From: a virus
Taxonomy: Duplodnaviria > Caudoviricetes
DNA length: 64,000 nucleotides
Direction: 5' to 3' (one strand)
IMG/VR virus record: IMGVR_UViG_3300037400_001617
Below, piece after piece: positions 39,137-49,487 of this stretch (positions are counted from its first letter, which is position 1; each line of letters opens with the position of its first letter). Under the pieces are notes generated by a model. It saw only the letters and a program-made list of their open reading frames with translations, did not search any database and was not told where the DNA came from. The position numbers were made by a program, and so were the translations under genes.

Positions 39137-39261
39137 AAGGACGAGGGTGGATAAGCTCCACCCTCTAATTCTACCCGCAGTAAGACTTTATAGTTTTCGA
39201 AACTATTCAATACAGGAGTACTTAGAGTGCTCATAATCGATCCAATCAAGGAGGAATAGTT

Positions 39262-40521
39262 ATGTTATTAACAGAAATGTTCAGGAACGCCGTTAAGGAT
39301 TCCAAGGACTATGGCATGAAAACTGAGGCAGTGTTTGACGTTCAGTACAGCACTGGCTTCCCAAACGTTGACTACCTTAATGGTCAGATCATAAGAGTAA
39401 CAGACACAAACAGAGGTATAGAGTTCGAGTACGATAGCGTAGGCATCGTAGACGGCTCAATCAATATGGTAATCGGTCGTTCTGGATGTGGTAAGTCCAC
39501 ATTCATCAAGCAGGCTGCAGGTAATATAATCAGAGGATTCGACAAGGGTGCTATCTTCGAAGATAGTATCGAAGGCGGCATTACTCGTCGTCGTGATGAG
39601 ATCCTCACAGGTATGACACCAGAAGAGCTCAACACAAAGATGATCGTTCGTAATGCAGGTATCAGTACTGAGACTTTCTATAAGTCTATCAAGATCATCT
39701 ACGATAAGAAGACAGAGCATGCAGATGAATTTACCTATGATACTGGTAAGTTTGACAGTAGAGGTAACCGTATCTACAAGATGCAGCCAACAGTATACAT
39801 TCTTGACTCACTAGCTATGCTGATGCCTGAGAAGATGACTCAGGAAGAAGAGCTTAGTGGACAGATGTCTACTACAGCGGCTGCTAAGATGATAGCTACT
39901 ACAATGAGAAGAATAGTTCCTCTCTGTAAGGCAGCTAATATCATCGTCTTCATCGTTAACCATATCACCCAGAAGATTGAGATCAATGCGTTTACTCATT
40001 CTAAGGGTCAGAATATCTATCTTAAGCAGGATGAGACTTGTCCTGGCGGTGTAACTCCGTTCTATATCGCAAACAATATCTTCAGACTTGATGATAACAC
40101 CAAGCTTACTGAAGATAAGGGACTTGGTATCTCTGGTAATCATGTACTGATCACTATGGTTAAGTCTCGTACTAACCGTGCAGGTGCAAGTACAGATATG
40201 ATCTTCAATCAGGATATCGGCTTCGACGTAATTCTCACTCTTTACAATATGCTCAACGACAACGGCTTCATCAAGGGTGCAGGTGCTTACCTTTACATCG
40301 ACGGCTATCAGGACGTTAAGTTCGCTCAGAAGAACTTCAAGAAGAAACTCTTTGAGAATGAAGAGTTTAAGAATGTCTTCCTCGATACTTGTACTAAGGT
40401 TCTCCACAATATGCTCCATAGACTTGATAGTGCTACTGACGATGAGTTCATTAAGGCTACTGGTATTACTCAGGAGCTCTACATGAGACTCAACAGTAGA
40501 GAAGAAGATATCGTAGCATAA
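39262..40521 (+). CDS. recA: RecA/UvsX-like recombinase
   Basis: STGFPNVD, GRSGCGKST, ILDSLA, FIVNH, PGG, VKSR. Confidence 0.88.
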   Translation: MLLTEMFRNAVKDSKDYGMKTEAVFDVQYSTGFPNVDYLNGQIIRVTDTNRGIEFEYDSVGIVDGSINMVIGRSGCGKSTFIKQAAGNIIRGFDKGAIFEDSIEGGITRRRDEILTGMTPEELNTKMIVRNAGISTETFYKSIKIIYDKKTEHADEFTYDTGKFDSRGNRIYKMQPTVYILDSLAMLMPEKMTQEEELSGQMSTTAAAKMIATTMRRIVPLCKAANIIVFIVNHITQKIEINAFTHSKGQNIYLKQDETCPGGVTPFYIANNIFRLDDNTKLTEDKGLGISGNHVLITMVKSRTNRAGASTDMIFNQDIGFDVILTLYNMLNDNGFIKGAGAYLYIDGYQDVKFAQKNFKKKLFENEEFKNVFLDTCTKVLHNMLHRLDSATDDEFIKATGITQELYMRLNSREEDIVA

Positions 40522-40534
40522 ATCAAAGAGTTGT

Positions 40535-40544
40535 TATATACTAT
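40535..40544 (+). promoter_or_regulatory. TATATACTAT-type promoter motif (representative copy)
   Basis: variants at plus-strand 7486, 12573, 18997, 22890, 45420, 54154 and minus-strand 3998, 6248, 26017, 32891, 34584, 37556, 57727. Confidence 0.7.
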
Positions 40545-40602
40545 GGATTGGAGAGGGTCCCACACTCTCTCCAGTTCGTATCTTTAAAGGAGGATCACAC
40601 TT

Positions 40603-42834
40603 ATGAAAATCGAACAGAACCCAAAACTTGACCAAGCATTTGCTGAAGTCTATGCGTCTAATCGTCCGATAGATCAGATGCTTGGTAGATCAGGACTCCA
40701 GATATGTGAGTCCCTGAATTCATCTTCAAGAAAGATAATGCATTCCAACCAGAAGAAACAAGCTAAGTGTCCGAAGGAACCAGAGGTTCCTCTTGCTGGT
40801 ACTGGAATAGAGAACCGTTATGGACACAAATCATCGGCATTCTTACAGTCTAATGAAGCACAGACTGTAATAGCCAAGATAAGTAGATACTCTATGTACC
40901 CAGACCATGAGTACTATCTTATCCTTAAGAACGAACACAACGAGCTCAATATGGTGACTCGTAAAGTTTGTCAGCACAACACCGAGACATTCGGTTTCCT
41001 TTGGAACAATGATTACATCGATTCTCTTCAGGAGGATGATGTCATTCCTAAAGGAACAGTGTATAAGAAAAGCACCAGTTTCGATGAGTACAATAACTAC
41101 AAAGCTGGTGTAAATGCGCTTGCTACTTATGCAAGCCTTCCTCAGACTACAGAAGACCCTGTTATCATAAGACAGGGATTCCGTAAGAAACTCAGCTCTC
41201 CAGAGTTTAAGAGTATAACCGTTAAGTTAAACGACAACGATGTATTCTTAAATCTGTATGGAGACGAAAACGTCTATAAGGCTTTCCCAGATCTCGGTGA
41301 AGAGACTAAGAACGGTATACTCTGTTCTATAAGAAAAGCCAATTCAGACAACTCAGCGTTTACCTTATCTAGAGACTCACTCAGAAATATAACTATCTCT
41401 GATGAGACTATAGTTCCCAAAGAAGGTAAAGTCATAGACATAAAAGTCTATTCTAACAAGCAGATAGCCCCAGGACGTGAGGATGGAGAACTCTACAACG
41501 TCTTTGAGGGTCAGCTTAGAATGTACGTTGATGAAGAGAACCGTTTCGCTAGACAGTTTGTCGAAGCTATGGCTAACTACATCAACAACAAGGACTACAA
41601 GGTATCTTATGAGCTGGAAGAGATGTACTATAACTGTCAGGGTAGACTTGAAGGAAAGCAGTTTATCGAAGATGGTAAGATCACCAGCAATATAGTTATA
41701 GAGTTCCTTGTATACTGCGATCACAATATATCTATAGGTGATAAGCTTGCTAACCGTAATGGAGGTAAAGGCGTTATCGCTGATATATGGCCAGATGAAA
41801 TGATGCCAAAACTTCCAGATGGAACACCTATCGACATTATATGGGATGAGAGTACTTGTGTAAACCGACTCAATATAGCTCAGCTCTCAGAACTGTCTAT
41901 CAATCGTATTGGTAGAGGAATCCTCGACTATATCAACTTGGGTGTACTTGATACTGCACAGATATGTGGAATACTCACAGACTTCTATAGAGAGCTTTCA
42001 CCAGATCTTGCAGACTTCTTCCAGAAGACTCTTGAGTGTTGTGAGACTGATCAGGAACTTATTACGCTCGTAGAGTCATTCTTATATCCTACTGAAGGGC
42101 CTAGAGGAATCTATACTTCCCTTCTTCCTATCAGTGAGTGCGTAGACTTCGATAAGATCAGAAAGATCTATGAGAAGTTCTCATATATCAAGCAGGAATA
42201 TCTTCAGGTACCTATACAGAACTCAGATGGTACTTATCGTTATACATGGTCTAATAAACCATCTACGGTAGGTGAACAGTTCATATACATCCTCAAGCAG
42301 GAAGCTGAAGAGAAACACTCTGCTACTTCTGCATCTTCGACTAATATCAAGGATGAGAACAGCAAGAGTAAAGAGTCTAAGGAGTACAGATGTGCTATCA
42401 CTAAGACTCCAGTTAAGTGGGGAGAGATGGAGACAATGATCTTCCTCCACTGTAGCTCAGAGACTGTAGTAGTCAACGCTATGCTGATGTCTCTGTCTCC
42501 TAGAGCACGTAGAAGTGTCATGGACATGCTTCTCGGAGATCCGTATCATATCGATATCCATATCGACATGGATGCTCGTAACAGATCTGCAGAAAAGGTA
42601 CAGGCTATTATGAAGGGTATGGGACTTAGACTAAAGTTTAAGAAGATACCTATAGTCAAAAAGCCAGTATTCGAGATGGCAGAACAGAAGATGCTCTTCG
42701 AAATAGTTCCGCAGAAGATGCTTTTTGAGCAGATACCTCAGAAGATGCTCTTCGAACCTATGGAGATGAAACCTCTGTTCGAGCCAGTAAAGCAGGAATT
42801 ACTTTTCAAACCACTTTGGTTATGCAAAGACTAA
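40603..42834 (+). CDS. RNA polymerase beta subunit, C-terminal part (probably non-virion RNAP)
   Basis: SSRKIMHSNQ, TEDPVII, GDKLANRNGGKGV, PIDII...NRLN, KWGEME. Confidence 0.9.
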   Translation: MKIEQNPKLDQAFAEVYASNRPIDQMLGRSGLQICESLNSSSRKIMHSNQKKQAKCPKEPEVPLAGTGIENRYGHKSSAFLQSNEAQTVIAKISRYSMYPDHEYYLILKNEHNELNMVTRKVCQHNTETFGFLWNNDYIDSLQEDDVIPKGTVYKKSTSFDEYNNYKAGVNALATYASLPQTTEDPVIIRQGFRKKLSSPEFKSITVKLNDNDVFLNLYGDENVYKAFPDLGEETKNGILCSIRKANSDNSAFTLSRDSLRNITISDETIVPKEGKVIDIKVYSNKQIAPGREDGELYNVFEGQLRMYVDEENRFARQFVEAMANYINNKDYKVSYELEEMYYNCQGRLEGKQFIEDGKITSNIVIEFLVYCDHNISIGDKLANRNGGKGVIADIWPDEMMPKLPDGTPIDIIWDESTCVNRLNIAQLSELSINRIGRGILDYINLGVLDTAQICGILTDFYRELSPDLADFFQKTLECCETDQELITLVESFLYPTEGPRGIYTSLLPISECVDFDKIRKIYEKFSYIKQEYLQVPIQNSDGTYRYTWSNKPSTVGEQFIYILKQEAEEKHSATSASSTNIKDENSKSKESKEYRCAITKTPVKWGEMETMIFLHCSSETVVVNAMLMSLSPRARRSVMDMLLGDPYHIDIHIDMDARNRSAEKVQAIMKGMGLRLKFKKIPIVKKPVFEMAEQKMLFEIVPQKMLFEQIPQKMLFEPMEMKPLFEPVKQELLFKPLWLCKD
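42658..42819 (+). repeat. six 27-bp (9-aa) tandem units at the RNAP beta C-terminus
   Basis: KKPVFEMAE/QKMLFEIVP/QKMLFEQIP/QKMLFEPME/MKPLFEPVK/QELLFKPLW; CAGAAGATGCT recurs at 42685, 42712 and 42739. Confidence 0.9.
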
Positions 42835-42905
42835 TACAATGATATAATATAGAAGGGTATGATGGTGAAAGCCATCATACCTAACTTATGAAAGGAGGTG
42901 TTAGT

Positions 42906-43082
42906 ATGACACAGATCGTAGATAGTATAATGCTTATAGTGCTCTTCTGTTTAGCAATTGCTATAATGATCGCAATGTTAGTATGCTTTGCGAAGATCGC
43001 TATAGTACCAATCGATGATGAAGATGAAGAATGGGATGATGAAACCCCAGATTCTCTTCAGGCTGAAAGGAGTGGAAACTAA
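42906..43082 (+). CDS. small single-pass membrane protein
   Basis: AAAGGAGG SD; hydrophobic stretch then acidic tail. Confidence 0.7.
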   Translation: MTQIVDSIMLIVLFCLAIAIMIAMLVCFAKIAIVPIDDEDEEWDDETPDSLQAERSGN

Positions 43083-45388
43083 TGTACAAAAAGATCATTC
43101 AGCATCTTCTCAATGGAGATGCCTCAGATCTTGTTCCTGAAACAATCAGGAACATCAACTCACATGTGGTGAGGTTTCTTAATCGAACCAATCTTGATCC
43201 ACAGGAAGTTGAAATAGTGGGTGATATATTGCATATCAGCAATATCATCTACAACAACACGGATAGGAGTATCCTTGTACTTGAAGACGGAGTATATGAT
43301 AATCTGCTTCAGATGTACAAGAGGTACAATCCTAATTATCAGGTTGGAGGAGAACCTGTACATTTTGCTCCTGTTGGAGAGACTGTCGTTAAAGAGACTC
43401 CACAACAGAGACCAGTACAACTCTTCCAAGAGATGCACTACGATAAAGATATGCTCTTCAGAAAAGATATAGCGTCTAACAACACATATCGAAGAGCAGA
43501 CTTTGGTGGAGAAGACGTTAAAGCATCAAAACGACTCCGCAATACTGCACACAACTATCCACAGCTCGTGGGTACTCTTGATAAGGCTAAGTTTACGCTC
43601 AATCAGGAGGCAGTAGAAAGAAATGCTTGGAACAATCCAAACGTTGTAATCTTCGAAAGAGATTTCCTCGCTAAACACATCCAGGAGGGTATAGTTGATC
43701 CTAACAATATATCCCTTGTTTGTGAGCTCAAGTATGATGGAATCTCAGTGGAAGCAGATGTAACCGATGAGGTTGTGTCTGCAAGAACTAGAGGAGACAC
43801 TGGAATGGATAAGGCTACAGACCTTACTTCAGTCTTCCAGGGTTATCCGTTCATGGAAGCAAAAGAATATGCTAAAAAGGTAGGTCCTATAAAGCAGTTT
43901 GGTATGAAGTTTGAAGCTATAGTAGACAACTTTGCTTTACAGGAACTTGATAGAAAGCATAATATAAGATATGTGAGCTCTCGTAATGCAGTAATCGGTC
44001 TCACTAGTAGAGCTGATGCACGTATGTATGCTCATTATATCACTCTCGTCCCTCTTCAGACAAGTCTTGAGAATATGAATAGGGTAGAAGAGATTGCGTT
44101 TATGAACAAGTTCTATGCTAACGGCATCTACTTAAGTCATGCTGTTATACATGGAAATTATCAATCCGTTTTGTATCAGGTATATAAGTTCGTTCAGGAA
44201 GCAGAACAGATGAGAGACTATATCCCATTCAAGTATGATGGTATAGTTGTCTCTTATATAGATCCTGTAATAAGAACTGCACTTGGTAGAAAGAACTTTG
44301 TCAATCAGTTCTCCATAGCTATCAAGTTCAATACTATGAAGAAACTTACCCAGTTCATCGGTTATGACTATACTGTTGGTAAGGACGGAACAATAACTCC
44401 GATGATAAACTACAATCCAGTAGAATTCTTCGGAGGTATAAACACGAAGTCTTCTGGACACTCATGGAAACGTTTCTTCGAGCTTGGTCTTCGTAAAGGA
44501 GATTGGCTCCAGGCTGAGTTCAGGAACGATGTCATGGTCTATATAGAGAAGGCTAACGTGGAAGAGAATCAGTACAATCCTATGCCAATGGAACAGTTCC
44601 CCAGTAATTGCCCGTGTTGTGGTACGAAGTTGGTGTTCAGCGATAAGAATGCCAAGTGTATCAACTTAGCGTGTCCTGGAAGGGTTTTAGCTAGAGTAAC
44701 AGACATGCTCGCTAAGCTAGGTTTTAAGGGATTCGCCGAGGAGAGTGTTAAGAAGCTTGAACTCAAAGGATTTGATGACCTCGTAAACGGAATGTCAGAG
44801 GAGAGAATTATCAAAGCTCTCGGTAAAGCAGATGGTCAGGACTTTATGGAACAACTCTCTAAGTTCCTGACAGATCCACAGTTCGACTATATAGTACTTG
44901 GAAGCCTCGGCTTCTCATCTATAGCCTCAACAAAGTGGAAAGGAATACTCCAAAAGGTTTCATTGGATGAGCTCATAAATCTTGACAATATGACCTTATC
45001 CACTATAATGCAATCGAAGCCTAACAAGATAGGTACAAAGACGATTCAGACTGTCCTCGAAGAGAGGCCAATCTTTATCAATGATTTGATAGCAATCAAG
45101 AATCTCAGGAATCTTGTATCTATCAAAGATAACAAGAACGGAACAACTTCTAAGATAATCAGATTCAGTGGATGTAGAGACGTTCAACTCATGATGGCTC
45201 TCAACAAGCTGGGGCATGATTGTTCAGAAGGATCTGTTACAAAGAACACAAACATTCTCTTAGTCCCATATATGGGATTCAACAGCACCAAAGTTGCATC
45301 TGCTTCAAAGTATAACAGCAATGGTGCTTTCATTCGCATACTGCCTATAGAAGAATTCAGAAAGAACCCAAACGCGTTCCTTCAGTAA
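43082..45388 (+). CDS. ligA: NAD-dependent DNA ligase
   Basis: ELKYDG adenylation motif, RTRGD, YDGIVV, IAIKF, CPCC...C....C Zn finger, BRCT-like C-terminus. Confidence 0.92.
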   Translation: MYKKIIQHLLNGDASDLVPETIRNINSHVVRFLNRTNLDPQEVEIVGDILHISNIIYNNTDRSILVLEDGVYDNLLQMYKRYNPNYQVGGEPVHFAPVGETVVKETPQQRPVQLFQEMHYDKDMLFRKDIASNNTYRRADFGGEDVKASKRLRNTAHNYPQLVGTLDKAKFTLNQEAVERNAWNNPNVVIFERDFLAKHIQEGIVDPNNISLVCELKYDGISVEADVTDEVVSARTRGDTGMDKATDLTSVFQGYPFMEAKEYAKKVGPIKQFGMKFEAIVDNFALQELDRKHNIRYVSSRNAVIGLTSRADARMYAHYITLVPLQTSLENMNRVEEIAFMNKFYANGIYLSHAVIHGNYQSVLYQVYKFVQEAEQMRDYIPFKYDGIVVSYIDPVIRTALGRKNFVNQFSIAIKFNTMKKLTQFIGYDYTVGKDGTITPMINYNPVEFFGGINTKSSGHSWKRFFELGLRKGDWLQAEFRNDVMVYIEKANVEENQYNPMPMEQFPSNCPCCGTKLVFSDKNAKCINLACPGRVLARVTDMLAKLGFKGFAEESVKKLELKGFDDLVNGMSEERIIKALGKADGQDFMEQLSKFLTDPQFDYIVLGSLGFSSIASTKWKGILQKVSLDELINLDNMTLSTIMQSKPNKIGTKTIQTVLEERPIFINDLIAIKNLRNLVSIKDNKNGTTSKIIRFSGCRDVQLMMALNKLGHDCSEGSVTKNTNILLVPYMGFNSTKVASASKYNSNGAFIRILPIEEFRKNPNAFLQ

Positions 45389-45488
45389 GAAAATATAGGC
45401 TGTTAAACATGATTATAAGCATATACTATGCTTATGTACGGGACGACGAGTCCTGTAATATTATAAACTTTTCAAGGAGGTTTTCACT

Positions 45489-46250
45489 ATGAAAACAATG
45501 GAACTCAGAGACACTAATATGCCACAGCTTTTCAGAAGCTCACTCATCAGCGAGCTTACTGGCAGTGGCACAAATGGAAATGCAATTCACTTCGTAATCA
45601 GTGACACAACTAATGAAAAGGATCAGCGCAATGACAGCGTATATCCTTTCACTGCAGTCATAGCAGCTTGTGCTCGTATCATGAGTGCAGATGCTATGAA
45701 GAGCAAAGACCACAAGACCGCACTCGTATTCTCCGATCCTAAGGGCGCAGGAAGCATGCTTATGGCTTGCATTTCTGAGTGGATCCCTGAAGGAGACGAC
45801 GGAAACTACAATTTCTACTTCTCCTTCGACCCTGAAGACATCAAGGGTATTCCTGAGGACGCAATCAAGCCGTTCTATGATATCCAGGCTATAATGCCTT
45901 GGGGTCCTACTCTGAGGGATGTACTTACTAACGTACATTGCCGCAGAATCGACGACCTTGAGATTCTCAACGGAATCACAATCCTGGTCGTAAAGACTAT
46001 CTGCAACTGGCTCGATTCAAACGCCAACGAGTCAGAAACAGTCAATGTCGAATTCAAAGACAGTACTGTATATGATGCAGAGCTCACGGCAGAAGGCGCA
46101 CCTAACCCGATCGACTTCGAGACATACAAGTCACACTGGGTAACTTATGCTACCGCTACAGTATCTGTAGAGCGCGGCATCAAGAAGAAGACCATGACCT
46201 TCGGCGAAGAGATGAAGGCTATCGCTAAGGGAAATGCAGATCTCACTTGA
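45489..46250 (+). CDS. hypothetical protein
   Basis: 253 aa, AAGGAGG SD, CATATACTAT motif upstream. Confidence 0.8.
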   Translation: MKTMELRDTNMPQLFRSSLISELTGSGTNGNAIHFVISDTTNEKDQRNDSVYPFTAVIAACARIMSADAMKSKDHKTALVFSDPKGAGSMLMACISEWIPEGDDGNYNFYFSFDPEDIKGIPEDAIKPFYDIQAIMPWGPTLRDVLTNVHCRRIDDLEILNGITILVVKTICNWLDSNANESETVNVEFKDSTVYDAELTAEGAPNPIDFETYKSHWVTYATATVSVERGIKKKTMTFGEEMKAIAKGNADLT

Positions 46251-46323
46251 TTGTCGAGGTTAGCTAATCATAGTAATCGGGGAGTTCGCTCCCCGATTAT
46301 TTTTAAGAGGAGGAGAGTATAAG

Positions 46324-47010
46324 ATGTTACACCCAATAAACCAGGCTTACGTAAACGGCGTCAGAGTCGATGTCGTAAGTCCATCAGAATACTTCTACAA
46401 CCAAGAGTTGTACGATCCGAAAACGACGTGCATCATGATGGAGAATGTGGATTATATTCTCCCAATTCGTACGTCTAATGTTGACCTTAACGTTCCTGGT
46501 TTCTATGTAACGCCAGGAGTCTATGGTCCTGGAGCTAGTCCGTTCATTCCTATAGTACCTCCAACTAAGAATGAAATGGAAACGTACTCCACAAAAAACA
46601 TTGTAGATTTCTCCAACGTGTCATCAATGTCTGAATATCTCGCCGCTAATGCAGAGCTGGTTGAACAGGAGAGAAAAGCCTTCCTGTCGGATCAGCCAGA
46701 TGATGTGGTGAGACTAATCATAGATGAGGTGTCCGATACACCTCTGATGATATTATGCAAAAGCATTATCAATAGCAAGTTTGTTACCTCGAAGTTCCTC
46801 GAGAATAGAATGGGTAACAACTACAACAACAACATGCGTCTGCTGAAGAATAAGAACGATATCTCCTACAACAAAGCAGTTGAGATACTCAACTGTATCG
46901 ATGTAAAGATAACGGCTACGGCAGACAATGCAATCAGCTCGGCTGTATATCCAATGCAGTCTCCTATCACATACGATCTCAACTCAGGTATAAATGGGGG
47001 GTGTTTCTGA
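46324..47010 (+). CDS. hypothetical protein
   Basis: 228 aa, coupled to the RNAP beta-N gene. Confidence 0.8.
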   Translation: MLHPINQAYVNGVRVDVVSPSEYFYNQELYDPKTTCIMMENVDYILPIRTSNVDLNVPGFYVTPGVYGPGASPFIPIVPPTKNEMETYSTKNIVDFSNVSSMSEYLAANAELVEQERKAFLSDQPDDVVRLIIDEVSDTPLMILCKSIINSKFVTSKFLENRMGNNYNNNMRLLKNKNDISYNKAVEILNCIDVKITATADNAISSAVYPMQSPITYDLNSGINGGCF

Positions 47011-48797
47011 TGAGACCTTTAGAATGGGACGGTAAATGCTATCAGATGTATCCCAATCAGAGATCTATGATAGCAGTATACAACGAAACTCACAGAGCTC
47101 CGTTCAATGACGATCTGTTTAAGAGAGACGTTAATGATATCATTAGTTGTCTCAAGAATATCATACTCTCTGCTCAGAGAGATGAATTCTTCAAGATACA
47201 GGTTACTGGCTTCAGAGAGATAACTTCATATGCTGAAGTTCAGGAACGTCTTAGAGCACTCGAATCGAACTCTAACAACAAGAGAAAGAGATTCAATGAG
47301 TACGAGTATATCAATCTCAAACCATCAAGTGTCATGCTTCTCGAAGTTCTGTATCATCTCGAAACAGAAGAAGAGAAGTGTGATACTTCGGTTATAATAC
47401 AGGTACCTATAGTCGTTGATAAGTATTACTTCAAGATCAACGGCTGTAAGTATTCGGCGCAGTACCAGATAGTGGATGCGTCTACCTACAATAACACTAG
47501 CATGGGATCTGCAAAGGTCCCTGCAGTGTTTATGAAGTCAGCATTCTCAAGAACTGTTGTGCATCGTATGGAGAAGAAGCTTACCACAATCGATAAGGAA
47601 ACCATACCTTGTATGCAGTTTGTATGTGACATCTTCGCTAATAAGATATCTGCTGAGAAGTTCATACTCTGTAAGTTCGGTCTTAACAGAGGTATAGAGT
47701 TTCTCAATCTTCATGATATCGGATACACTAGTGAAGCCACACTTGATGAGAAGTACTATTACTTCCCTACAGAGATCCCAGGAGTCAATGTGTATTGTCC
47801 TAAGTTTCTTTACGACAACAACTACATGTATCAGAGCATGTGTTACTGTCTCGTGAAGAATGCTGTTCAGAGTTACACATTAGCGGATCTCTATACTGAA
47901 GACTACTGGCTGGAGTCTCAGGGTGCTGAGCTTAAGACCAGAACCAAATTCAAAGGTATGTCATTCAGAGAATCGTTTGAAGTCTCTATAGACAATAACA
48001 CATATGATCACCTCAGGGTATCAGATGAGTATAAGAAGAGAGACGCTTATACAGTTCTCAGATGGATACTTCAGAACCATGCAGCATTGTTGCTCAAGGA
48101 CAACACAAACATTGCTGCTAAGCGAGTAAGATTTGGTGAGTATATAGCGGTTCATTATGCTAGAAAGCTTGCTAACAATATCAAGCGTGTAGCTAATGCA
48201 GCTAACAAGGTATCGATGAAGAAGCTCAAACAGATCATTGGTATCAAACATCACTATCTTATCGATCAGCTTAAGAGTAGTTGTACTCTCGTCACCTATA
48301 ACAACATGGTTAATGATGACGATGCTATAGTACCACTCTCTTATTCATTCAAAGGCATCTCAGGTATTGGAGAGAACAAGACATCTGCAGTACAGACTAA
48401 GTATAAACTTGTTAACCCAAGTCATCTTGGTCGTCTGGATATGACTGATTCTTCTAACAGTGATCCTGGAATGTCTGGTACACTTGTACCTTATGCAAAG
48501 CTCTACGAGGGTGGATATCTTAGCGATTTCCACGAACCTTGTAAGGGACGTGATGATCTGGATAAGCTCTATGAAGAGTACAAACAGCTTAACGGAATTG
48601 TTGAGCTCGAGTTTGCTAAAAGTGCAATGCTTGGTAGAAGCAATTCAGATACCATCATGGAGTTAACCTCATATAAAGAGCTCATGGATAAGATATCTAA
48701 TGCTGCTCTGAATCTTAATGATCCTGTTGTAGATGTCGTCAGCGAACTCCCGTTAGTCGAAGACGGCTCTATTACTATAGGAGCAATAGCAGCTTAA
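47001..48797 (+). CDS. RNA polymerase beta subunit, N-terminal part (probably non-virion RNAP)
   Basis: VP...YFKING..Y...YQ (region B); NPSHLGRLD...SSNSDPGMSGTL (region D, HxSHyGR). Confidence 0.85.
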   Translation: MFLMRPLEWDGKCYQMYPNQRSMIAVYNETHRAPFNDDLFKRDVNDIISCLKNIILSAQRDEFFKIQVTGFREITSYAEVQERLRALESNSNNKRKRFNEYEYINLKPSSVMLLEVLYHLETEEEKCDTSVIIQVPIVVDKYYFKINGCKYSAQYQIVDASTYNNTSMGSAKVPAVFMKSAFSRTVVHRMEKKLTTIDKETIPCMQFVCDIFANKISAEKFILCKFGLNRGIEFLNLHDIGYTSEATLDEKYYYFPTEIPGVNVYCPKFLYDNNYMYQSMCYCLVKNAVQSYTLADLYTEDYWLESQGAELKTRTKFKGMSFRESFEVSIDNNTYDHLRVSDEYKKRDAYTVLRWILQNHAALLLKDNTNIAAKRVRFGEYIAVHYARKLANNIKRVANAANKVSMKKLKQIIGIKHHYLIDQLKSSCTLVTYNNMVNDDDAIVPLSYSFKGISGIGENKTSAVQTKYKLVNPSHLGRLDMTDSSNSDPGMSGTLVPYAKLYEGGYLSDFHEPCKGRDDLDKLYEEYKQLNGIVELEFAKSAMLGRSNSDTIMELTSYKELMDKISNAALNLNDPVVDVVSELPLVEDGSITIGAIAA

Positions 48798-48812
48798 AGG
48801 AGGTGAGAGGAA

Positions 48813-49055
48813 GTGGACATTTATACTCGCTACTTCCTCTTCTCCCAATCTCATTATGATAAGATCATGGAGATTGAGAGAAGAGCAGGAAACAGAAACT
48901 ACAAACCTGGTACAGTGCTGGTAGGAGGTTATTACAGACCTTTCACCGCTATGGAAACCAGACCAGAGAAGTATACTCAGATACACGGAGACGCTAAAAC
49001 CGTTCTGGTTGGAGATATTCGTAAAGTGAAGTATACTGATCCTGTAAAGGAGTAA
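48813..49055 (+). CDS. small hypothetical protein
   Basis: 80 aa, GTG start with SD. Confidence 0.7.
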   Translation: MDIYTRYFLFSQSHYDKIMEIERRAGNRNYKPGTVLVGGYYRPFTAMETRPEKYTQIHGDAKTVLVGDIRKVKYTDPVKE

Positions 49056-49060
49056 TCGAT

Positions 49061-49468
49061 ATGGAAACAGAACCTTTATTCAAAGTGATCAACATCGGCG
49101 AGTGTCCATGTTGCGGACAGGATGGTAAGATAACTGTCAAGTTCCGCAATACAGAATACGTGACACTCAATAAGAATGGAAGAGTAACCAAATGGTCTGA
49201 TGTTCAGAACCATATTGGAACTGCTTTCTGTGGTACATGTATGCAAAGGTTTGGTGCTATCAACTTGAGCGATCTTGTTGGAATACCTGGGCTGGTACGT
49301 GTAGTACCGCTCGAGCATGTTAAAGATATCGCTTTGAGTTACCTCAAAGTCTATGCTAAGGATGAGTTTGAAGCTGCTGGAGAGAATCCATTAGTTTGTA
49401 AAACAATGACCGAAGCAGAGGATGCCGAGGAAGCTAGACAGCATATGGTAGACGTATCATATTTCTAA
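49061..49468 (+). CDS. Zn-ribbon protein
   Basis: CPCCG...CGTC; begins METEPLFK. Confidence 0.7.
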   Translation: METEPLFKVINIGECPCCGQDGKITVKFRNTEYVTLNKNGRVTKWSDVQNHIGTAFCGTCMQRFGAINLSDLVGIPGLVRVVPLEHVKDIALSYLKVYAKDEFEAAGENPLVCKTMTEAEDAEEARQHMVDVSYF

Positions 49469-49487
49469 TTACAAGGAGGACTCCACC

